23,168 bases of DNA from the NCBI GenBank assembly GCA_046757165.1, contig JBHHXT010000065.1, positions 1-23,168 on the forward strand, given 5' to 3'. Origin of the DNA: a bacterium (GTDB lineage Bacteria > Zhuqueibacterota > Zhuqueibacteria > Oceanimicrobiales > Oceanimicrobiaceae). Shown here piece after piece: positions 15,744-23,168 of the stretch (position 1 is its first letter; the number at the start of each line of letters is the position of its first letter). Made by a program: the position numbers and the translations under genes. The notes beneath the pieces were generated by a model. That model had not been told where the DNA came from and did no database searches. It worked only from the letters and a program-made list of their open reading frames with translations.

Positions 15744-15770
15744 CCGCCCTCCGATGTAAGTATTAATGTG

Positions 15771-17906
15771 TTACAGTGTTAAGACGTTACGGTCAACGCA
15801 CAACGCCTCAATCCGAATCCTCACATCCACCGCTACACACTTCTCGGCTTCCGAAAACACAATGAATGGATTCAGATCCAGTTCCTGAATTTGCGGCAAA
15901 TCGATGGCCATTTGCGACAAGCGTAAAAGCGTCTCTTTGAGCACGGGCAGCGCGACCGGCTTTTCTCCGCGGATGCCCGCCAGTATAGGATAGCCTCTAA
16001 TCTCACGCACCATTTGCTCCACATCCAGGTCCGTGGCCGGGGTAATTCGAAAGGTCATATCCTGCAGCACCTCCACGTAAATGCCCCCCATCCCAAAGGC
16101 CAGCAGTGTGCCGAAGCGCTCGGCTTTAGTGAGGCCCATGATCACTTCCCTGCCGCCGGTGACCATTTCCTGCACGACAAAATTCACGGAATCGTCTGCT
16201 ATGCCTTTTTCTGCCAGGGAACGGGTGAGGGCAGCAAATGCGCTTGCCAGGTCGCGGTCGTTGCGCAGGTGCAATTTCACCCCACCGACTTCAGACTTGT
16301 GGACGACTTTATCCGACGCGACTTTCAGCGCCAGAGGGAAACGGAGCCCCCTGGCCACGGACTGGATTTCGGACAAGGATTTGCAGACCTGCGACTTGAC
16401 AAATGGAATGCCATAAAGAGTCGTGAGCGCGAGAGTCTCCTGTGGTGAGAGGTACTCCCGCCCCTCATGCACTGCACTGTGGATGAGTTGCTGTGCACGG
16501 TCCTTATCTATGCGGTATCGAGGCATTCGTCCGGAGCTGCGATTGCGCCACTGGGTGTAATTCACCATGGCGGCCAGGGTTTTGGCAGCAGACTCGGGGA
16601 AGGGAAAGGCGGGGATGCGTTGCCGGTTCAGCTCTGCTATTCCTGTAGCAACCCCTTTGACGCCCATGAAACAGCCGAGCACGGGCTTGTCGAATTCCTG
16701 CGACGCTCGAGCGATCCTCAGGGCCACGTGCTCAGGATTGGTAATAATCGGAGCAACGAAGATGACGATGGCGGCATCGACATTGGCGTCCACCAGAACC
16801 TGGCGCAAGGCAAACTGGAACTCTTCCGGCTGAGCTCCGGCCAGCAGGTCCACGGGGTTGTTGATGCTTGCTTCAGCAAGCAACCGCGCCCGGAGCTGCT
16901 CTTGGGTGGTTTCTGTGAATTGGGCGACGTGCAGTCCACAGCTTTCACAGGCATCCGCTGCCATGATGCCCGGCCCACCAGCATTGGTGATGATGGCGAC
17001 GCGGTTCCCCGCCGGCAGGGGCACATTGGCGAAGCCCATGGCGTAGTCGAACATCTCATTGATGGTGTCAGCCCGAATGACCCCGCACTGCTTGAAGAGG
17101 GCGTCGTAGGCCACATCCATGCCGGCCAGGGCGCCTGTGTGGGAGGTCGCCGCGCGGGCACCGGAGGAGGTTCTGCCGGACTTGACAATGATGATTGGTT
17201 TCTTCCGGCTGACCTTCTTCGCAAGCTGAATGAACCTCCTGGGGTTGCCGAAGCTTTCCAGATACATGAGGATGACCTCGATGGAGGCTTCCTGCCCCCA
17301 GTACTCGAGCAAATCATTGCCGGAAACATCGGCTTTGTTGCCGACCGAAACGAACATCGATATTCCAAGATTCAGCTCTTTGGCATGTTCCAGAATGGTC
17401 TGACCGAGGGCACCGCTCTGTGACGCGAGGGCGATGTTGCCGTCCAACGGCACGATAGGGGCGAAGGTGGCATCGAGCCTAACGTCGGTTTCCAGGTTGA
17501 ACACACCCATACAGTTCGGGCCAACCAGGCGCATGTCGTGCGCCTTGACAATATCGATGATCTCCTGCTCAACCCGGGCACCCTGTTCACCGGTTTCTCG
17601 AAAGCCCGCGGTGAGGACAACCAGCCCCTTGACGCCGTGGCTGGCGCATTCCCGCACGATGGGCAGAACATGCTCCTTTGGCACGATAATCACGGCCAGG
17701 TCCACCGGGTCGGGAATGTCCGCGATACTTGCGTACGCCTTCACGGAATGGATGTAGCGGGCTTTCGGATTGACCGGATAGAGCGGGCCATTGAAGTCGG
17801 TGTTGAGCAGCTTGTCAAAAATTTCGCGCCCCAAACGGCCCGTTCTGGTGGAGGCGCCAACAACGGCTACTGACCGGGGTCTGAGAATGACATCTAAGGA
17901 TTTCAT
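15771..17906 (-). CDS. ADP-forming acetate/acyl-CoA synthetase (fused alpha-beta subunits)
   Basis: PRSVAVVGAS, LVGPNCMG, SQSGA, SVGNKAD, SHTGALAG (phospho-His), TNAGGPG, NNPVDL, HKSEVGGV (ATP-grasp) and ELDLNP motifs. Confidence 0.93.
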   Translation of the reverse strand: MKSLDVILRPRSVAVVGASTRTGRLGREIFDKLLNTDFNGPLYPVNPKARYIHSVKAYASIADIPDPVDLAVIIVPKEHVLPIVRECASHGVKGLVVLTAGFRETGEQGARVEQEIIDIVKAHDMRLVGPNCMGVFNLETDVRLDATFAPIVPLDGNIALASQSGALGQTILEHAKELNLGISMFVSVGNKADVSGNDLLEYWGQEASIEVILMYLESFGNPRRFIQLAKKVSRKKPIIIVKSGRTSSGARAATSHTGALAGMDVAYDALFKQCGVIRADTINEMFDYAMGFANVPLPAGNRVAIITNAGGPGIMAADACESCGLHVAQFTETTQEQLRARLLAEASINNPVDLLAGAQPEEFQFALRQVLVDANVDAAIVIFVAPIITNPEHVALRIARASQEFDKPVLGCFMGVKGVATGIAELNRQRIPAFPFPESAAKTLAAMVNYTQWRNRSSGRMPRYRIDKDRAQQLIHSAVHEGREYLSPQETLALTTLYGIPFVKSQVCKSLSEIQSVARGLRFPLALKVASDKVVHKSEVGGVKLHLRNDRDLASAFAALTRSLAEKGIADDSVNFVVQEMVTGGREVIMGLTKAERFGTLLAFGMGGIYVEVLQDMTFRITPATDLDVEQMVREIRGYPILAGIRGEKPVALPVLKETLLRLSQMAIDLPQIQELDLNPFIVFSEAEKCVAVDVRIRIEALCVDRNVLTL

Positions 17907-18290
17907 CTTGTCTTGCGGTCTGTTGTTTGGGTTTTATATCGTTTCACATCGGTAGATTCAACCCATAACGGGGAATTAACGCTAAGCCACGCGAATGTAA
18001 TAGTTTCATCGGATAAGTACAACCTAAATTGAGCGCTCGCCCTTGCAATAGCTCTTAGCTTTTAGAAGCCAATTAGTTAAACGGGTATCACAAGTCACCT
18101 GACCGGTGAAATGATATTCAAGACCTGGTCCAACACGGTTTGCAACCGTGTTTTAGGGCCAAGCCTAAATGCTCGACATAAATGTCGAGTTACGTCTTTC
18201 CACCCCATCTTTTGTTCTGTAAATCTGTTGCATTCGAGGGCCAGACTTGCTACATTGCGCCTTTGCGGTTCATTCAAGGAAGGGAGCGTC

Positions 18291-19268
18291 ATGCAGAAAA
18301 GACCCATCCGCTGGTGGCCGGCCGCGGGCATCGGGATTCTGAACGCAGGGGCAACGGGTTGGCTGTGGCTCCTGGCCGACACCATTCGACAGAACAAGGT
18401 TGTGAATACCTTCCTGATCGAATTTCTCACGATTTCCTTGCTCGCTGTGTGGCTTCTGTTTTTTTCCCGCGCAAAACTGAAAATACGCTTGTTCACGTTT
18501 GGAAGTGTCCTGGTCGTGGTCGCCCTCTTCTTCGCGTTTTTCAAAGTGCATGAGGTGAGTGGGGACCTGTTTCCGTCCTTCAAGTGGCGCTGGGCACCGG
18601 CCAGTCATGACGATGGGTCCTGGCAGGCAACCAGCACCGTGGATTTGGGAGAGATCGCCGATTTCTCTCGGAACGGCAGCATCTCTACCTATCCACAGTT
18701 TCTGGGCCCGAGCCGAACAGCCGTTCTGGAGGGCGTGCGTCTGAGCCGCGACTGGGAGACAACCCCACCAAAGCTGGTCTGGAAACGGCCGATTGGCGAA
18801 GGGTGGTCTGCGTTCTCTGTTTATGGCAGCTATGCTGTGACTCAAGAGCAAAGTGGTGACCGCGAGCTGGTCGTCGCCTACCAGTTGCTCTCAGGCAAGG
18901 TTTTGTGGCAGCATGGCGACCAGGCGCGCTACCAGACCGTGCTGGGCGGCACCGGACCGAGAGCGACCCCGACGATTGCAGCCGGGCGGGTGTACACCCT
19001 CGGCGCGACCGGTATTCTCAACTGTTTGGAATTGACAACCGGTAGTCGTGTCTGGAGCACGGCCAGTTGATGCTGGTGGCAGACGTGCTGTTGATCTTAT
19101 CGGAGAAAGGGGACCTGGCCCTGGTCGAGACCACACCGGAAGGGTACAATGAGCTGGTACGCGCATGCGATCAAAGGCAAAACATGGAACAACCCGGCAC
19201 TGGCCGGCACCTATTTGCTGGTCAGAAATCATCGGGAGGCAGCTTGTTTTGAGCTGCCACTAGAGTAG
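18291..19268 (+). pseudogene. Membrane-anchored PQQ-like beta-propeller protein, internally deleted and frameshifted
   Basis: Three TM segments, then YPQFLGPSR, GPRATPTI and GILNCLELTTGSRVWS. The C-terminal [23 protein letters not shown] and [31 protein letters not shown] lie in two other frames. Confidence 0.8.
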
Positions 19269-19364
19269 AGCAAGATCGGAACGAGACGCTGTAAAGATAG
19301 CTGTGATGTTCACCACAAGCCGGGTGCGACGACGTACTCCGCAAAACCTGGATGAGGAAACACC

Positions 19365-20714
19365 ATGAGATTGATCTGGCCGTTCATGCTGTCCTTCGGA
19401 CTCAGCATCCTGCCTCCTGCAACTTCTGCCCTGCGCGCGCAAGCCGGAGCTGAAGAGATGAGAATCGCCCGGATACAGTCCGGTCTGGAAGATATCAGGG
19501 GATCGAAGTTCAAACACCCAATCAAGGTGGCGACGCAATCACGAGAAGCATTTGGCCAATATATTGAGCAGGCGCTCGAAAGACAAATCCCGGCCGGTCT
19601 GCTCGAAAACTACGACAAAGTTGTCAGAAAGCTCGGTCTGTACCGGGGGCCTGAGATTGAGGATTTCCGCACGCTGGCCAGGTTGGTTGTGCAAAGTCAG
19701 GCCGCGGCCTACTATGATCCGGAAAAGGAGACCTTCTTTGTCGTCATGCAAGAGCTTCCGGACCAGATGCTGAACGTGGTTTATGCGCACGAGTTGTACC
19801 ATGGTCTGCAAGACCAGAACTTTGATCTCGAAACGTACCTCGTCTCGCCGCCAGAGAGTCTCAACGATGATGAGCTCCTGGCGCGGCAAAGCGTTGTAGA
19901 AGGAGAAGCGACCTATGTTTCACAGCTCTGGGCCATGAAGAATCTGTTCGGCACGGTGCCGGACAGGTCCGCGCTGCAGATCGCGATTCGCATGCAGGCG
20001 CAGATGGGCGTTGCGGAGCTTCTGCAGATGGTGAAAAGCGGCGCGCCATCGATGGTAGATTCGGACCAATTGCAAGACGCGCTTCATTCTCTGGATGACA
20101 TCCCGGGCTTTATGCTCGAAACCATGCTCGGCCCATATTTCAAAGGGATGGGATTCGTTTTTGAGATTCATGCTCTGGGCTGGGAGAAAGTTGAAGCGTT
20201 GTATGGCACGCCACCGATGTCCACTGAACAGATCCTGCATCCAGAGAAATGGCTCAGTAATGAGATACCGATGCGATTGTCCTGGCCCGGCTTCGAGAAG
20301 GAGAGTCTTTTTGTTGGTTGGAACCTGTTGGAAGCGAACACGCTCGGCGAGCTGCGCTGGCGCATCATCTTTGCCGAGCACGACCTGGTGAGCCTGGCAA
20401 CGTCCGCCGCAGCAGGATGGAACGGGGACTCCTACGCGGTCCTGGAACAGGCACAAACCGGTGAGCTGCTACTGCTCATCGCTTCCTCGTGGGATTCCGA
20501 AAAGGAAGCCACTGAGTTTGCACAGGCGTACGAACAACTCCTGAGCTTCAAATATGCCGGCAGGACGGTGAACACCAGGTTGCGGCGAATGGGGACGGAT
20601 GTTTTGATTCTGGAAGGAGGGGAGGAGAGGATGGCCGAGCCGTTGCTCGCGTTCATCAAAAAGATGCAGAAGAAAAAGGAACCGGCTCACGCTCGCCAGC
20701 ATCTGGGAAAATGA
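19365..20714 (+). CDS. Secreted putative zinc metallopeptidase-like protein (HEXXH)
   Basis: Signal peptide, AAYYDPE, AHELYHGLQDQNFDL, VVEGEAT (candidate third ligand), PPMSTEQILHPEK and AAAGWNGD motifs. Confidence 0.7.
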   Translation: MRLIWPFMLSFGLSILPPATSALRAQAGAEEMRIARIQSGLEDIRGSKFKHPIKVATQSREAFGQYIEQALERQIPAGLLENYDKVVRKLGLYRGPEIEDFRTLARLVVQSQAAAYYDPEKETFFVVMQELPDQMLNVVYAHELYHGLQDQNFDLETYLVSPPESLNDDELLARQSVVEGEATYVSQLWAMKNLFGTVPDRSALQIAIRMQAQMGVAELLQMVKSGAPSMVDSDQLQDALHSLDDIPGFMLETMLGPYFKGMGFVFEIHALGWEKVEALYGTPPMSTEQILHPEKWLSNEIPMRLSWPGFEKESLFVGWNLLEANTLGELRWRIIFAEHDLVSLATSAAAGWNGDSYAVLEQAQTGELLLLIASSWDSEKEATEFAQAYEQLLSFKYAGRTVNTRLRRMGTDVLILEGGEERMAEPLLAFIKKMQKKKEPAHARQHLGK

Positions 20715-20781
20715 TCGGCAATCGTTGCCCACAATGAGGGCTGGAGCGGAAAAACGTTCCTACCCGTGAGCTGCCACGTGT

Positions 20782-22086
20782 TCAGAACACTTTTGCATCC
20801 GTCTCGCCACCGCTCCCGAGCACGGATCTGATTTCATCCCAGAGTTTGTACTTCTCGATGTGACTGACATCTGTGACGTAGAGTCCATTACTGAGGTTGA
20901 GCGCAGTTTGGATAGACTGTTTAAACAGCTCCTCGTTATTCTTGAACTGTTCAACCAGAATTGCGGCATACACTGGCGTGGTTTGATTGATGACTTGCAT
21001 TGCAATAATAGCGCTGCCTTCAACACTCATCCACCAATCGGCTCCTGCTTCCTCGGCCTCCTGCATGGTAATCCTGGGAAAAAAGCAGCCCACGACTGAG
21101 TAGTCCAGTTTCTCCGCAATCGCAGTTTTGTTGTATTCCCGCGGAACCCAGTCGCCGTCTGGAATGTTGGTTTCGCTTGCCCAGTTCACACCGTACTCGT
21201 AATAAGTTGGATACCACCCGCCCGTGAAATTGCCAATTGGCAGGGAGGGGTCGAGGCGCTGCACCTCATTGACAAGTCGGGTCAGGAACGTTTGTATCGA
21301 TTTGGCTCTAAACTCGATCCATTGCTCGAATCGTTGCCCGGGGACAGGTTGCCAGGTCTCGTTGTTGAACTGCCACTCGAAAACATCTTCTGGCCACCAA
21401 TCGATCTTCTTTCCCCCCAGAAAAGTTTCGAATTGACCTCGCGTGGCATCTGAAAAATCTGCCTCGATGCCAGAGAATCTTGCTTTATCAAAGATAATCC
21501 CATCTACGCTGTATTGTTGAATAAACTCCTTTACCACCGAGATTTCATAGTCCTGAACAGCTCTCGAGTGCGGGTTGGCAAACGCAACCGGACCATAACC
21601 CCATTGTGAAATCGGGACGATGTGTGGGGTCTCTTCTTCAACCACATAAACCATGGATTGCCACTCTGCACGGTCGGAGTAGAGCGGACCGACTCTCTCG
21701 AGCATGTGACCTGCTGCGAACACCGGGTAGACAGCGTAAACTTGCAGCTTTCTGCGGCGGGCTTGTTCCAGGAAAACGCGAATCGGGTCGAAATCAAGCG
21801 GCACGCGAAAGCCCTTCCATTCCAGCAACCGCGGCGCTATCTTGCTGTCATAGATCACGTGGCCGCTAATGGTTTTGACGCCAAGCGCCACCGCTTGAAA
21901 GCCGGAAGAGCGGGCATTGTTTAGAATTTGCAGGATGCCACGCCGCGTACAAATCTCTTCAATATTCAGAAGCGGATCGCACCATAGCACGGCGACTTTG
22001 TCGTTCGTGTTTTGCGCCCGGGCCGGGCTGCCCAAGCCCGTGAGTAGAACACCGATTAGAAAGAACTGGAGGTGACGTTTCATCAT
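20782..22086 (-). CDS. Secreted glycosyl hydrolase-like (GHL10/YddW-like TIM barrel) protein
   Basis: Signal peptide and FANPHSRAVQDY..YSVDGIIFDKARF..ADFSD, GGWYPTYYEYGVNWAS motifs. Confidence 0.75.
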   Translation of the reverse strand: MMKRHLQFFLIGVLLTGLGSPARAQNTNDKVAVLWCDPLLNIEEICTRRGILQILNNARSSGFQAVALGVKTISGHVIYDSKIAPRLLEWKGFRVPLDFDPIRVFLEQARRRKLQVYAVYPVFAAGHMLERVGPLYSDRAEWQSMVYVVEEETPHIVPISQWGYGPVAFANPHSRAVQDYEISVVKEFIQQYSVDGIIFDKARFSGIEADFSDATRGQFETFLGGKKIDWWPEDVFEWQFNNETWQPVPGQRFEQWIEFRAKSIQTFLTRLVNEVQRLDPSLPIGNFTGGWYPTYYEYGVNWASETNIPDGDWVPREYNKTAIAEKLDYSVVGCFFPRITMQEAEEAGADWWMSVEGSAIIAMQVINQTTPVYAAILVEQFKNNEELFKQSIQTALNLSNGLYVTDVSHIEKYKLWDEIRSVLGSGGETDAKVF

Positions 22087-22322
22087 TATATCAGGAATTT
22101 ACTGAAGACCAGGTTCAATGCTCCAGCAACACACAAGAAGATCGCCAGAACTATGTGTTGCTTCTTAGCGACAAAGGAAATGCCAACCGACAGCAGCATC
22201 AGACCGGCAAATACCGTGAGACGGGACGTGCTCAGGCCAACCAACAGACAAAACACGCCCCAGATAACCCATTTTTCAGGTGTTGTGAAACCGCGTTTGC
22301 TTTCATTTGTTTCTGCTTTCAT
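22086..22322 (-). CDS. Small membrane protein (hypothetical)
   Basis: 78 aa with 2-3 hydrophobic segments, coupled to the downstream gene (TAATG overlap). Confidence 0.6.
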   Translation of the reverse strand: MKAETNESKRGFTTPEKWVIWGVFCLLVGLSTSRLTVFAGLMLLSVGISFVAKKQHIVLAIFLCVAGALNLVFSKFLI

Positions 22323-22391
22323 CCTGCCTTCCGGAGTGAGGTTCTAACCTGGCTAATTCATGAATTTCGCCCAACAAGGGGCAACACGTAA

Positions 22392-22439
22392 GGAGTGAAA
22401 TGCTTTAGCATTTCATGCAACGCTAAAGCGTTGCATTCC
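22392..22439. repeat. Inverted REP-like doublet
   Basis: GGAGTGAAATGCTTTAGCATTTCA abuts an inverted copy GGAATGCAACGCTTTAGCGTTGCA. Each copy is itself a palindrome. Confidence 0.7.
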
Positions 22440-22487
22440 TCTTTGTCCCGTTAAGTTATCCATAATCAAGCGCTCGTTGCGAAAAAA

Positions 22488-22570
22488 GTCATTGGCGCTT
22501 CGCGCCGTCATTTGCCCTGCGGGCGTCATTTGGTCCTTGCTTGCTCAGTGACGCCCGCAGGGCAAATGAC
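22488..22570. repeat. Composite palindromic repeat built of gtcatt plus mini-hairpin units
   Basis: Perfect 22-bp inverted repeat (22507-22528 / 22549-22570) preceded by the related unit gtcattggcgcttcgcgcc. Confidence 0.75.
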
Positions 22571-22605
22571 TTTCTCTGCACAAACCCAAAAAATGCAAAG
22601 GCAGG

Positions 22606-23097
22606 TCAGTGGCGAATAGCTGTGAGCAGATCATTGACCAGATTCTCCAGGATCCGTTCAGTCACGTGAAAGGCGTGCCGTTTTTTCTGTTGTCGCCGGG
22701 GGTCGTACAAAAAACGCTCGAGCACGACGTGGCCGTCGCCGCTCAGAATGACCTCGAAGTAGTCGCTTTCAGATTCCTGCTGCACGTCCGTTCGACTCCG
22801 CAATTGCACTTTGGAACTGTGCGCGTCCAATTCAACCACTTCAAGGGCTTGTGGCAAGTAGGTGATTTTGTTTGCCAGAGTCTCTGCTTTTTGTTTCAGC
22901 TCCTTGTCACTCAATCTGGCCTTAGAGGCGCGGTTGGTGATGCCGATCTTGTGGAAAACAAAGCTGTATTTGTCCACATCCGCAACCACGAACTCAAAGT
23001 CGAACTCCTGGATTCGGGTGTTTAACGTCGCCGCCTCGCCGAGCTCGGTGGGATGATTCTTTTTTATGCTTTGAATGATGAGTTTGCCGAAATTCAT
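22606..23097 (-). CDS. Hypothetical protein
   Basis: 163-aa ORF with AAGGGG RBS and protein-like composition (KITYLPQALEVVELD..VQLRS..YFEV). No family assigned. Confidence 0.7.
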   Translation of the reverse strand: MNFGKLIIQSIKKNHPTELGEAATLNTRIQEFDFEFVVADVDKYSFVFHKIGITNRASKARLSDKELKQKAETLANKITYLPQALEVVELDAHSSKVQLRSRTDVQQESESDYFEVILSGDGHVVLERFLYDPRRQQKKRHAFHVTERILENLVNDLLTAIRH

Positions 23098-23168
23098 GGT
23101 GTCACCCCTTTCTTGTTTGAGATGTTCAAGAATCTTGCTTTATCTCAAAGTTGTTCCAGTTCTGTCTC

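Noticed and set aside
16467..17423. 318-aa plus-strand ORF and similar antisense ORFs (4957-5700, 7441-7971, 12159-12662)
   Set aside because: These are shadow ORFs opposite well-supported genes, with no recognisable motifs.

Overview
Bacterial genomic window, possibly from an FCB-related lineage such as KSB1 or Calditrichota; that placement is inferred only from gene content. It has three zones. (1) Bases 1-3320 are an AT-richer accessory zone that reads as the end of an integron-type cassette array with no intI in the window. It holds a Phd/YefM-RelE/ParE toxin-antitoxin cassette, an internally deleted tyrosine-recombinase element of the IS91-linked type, and a GT-B glycosyltransferase cassette. 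These are separated by attC-like hairpins, and the element ends (GTYCAAC) double as attC core sites. (2) Bases 3329-9796 are a minus-strand tryptophan/kynurenine catabolic cluster: kynA, an SDR, 2-aminomuconate semialdehyde dehydrogenase, a RidA-type deaminase, nbaC, ACMSD and a kynB-like cyclase. No kynureninase or kynurenine monooxygenase is present. (3) Bases 9989-23097 hold a secreted protein resembling the N-terminal part of GWxTD proteins, a TonB-dependent receptor, a PLP trans-sulfuration enzyme, an ADP-forming acyl-CoA synthetase, an HEXXH protein, a GHL10-like hydrolase and hypotheticals. Two further internally deleted pseudogenes lie in this zone, and several REP/MITE-like palindromes occur across zones 2 and 3.
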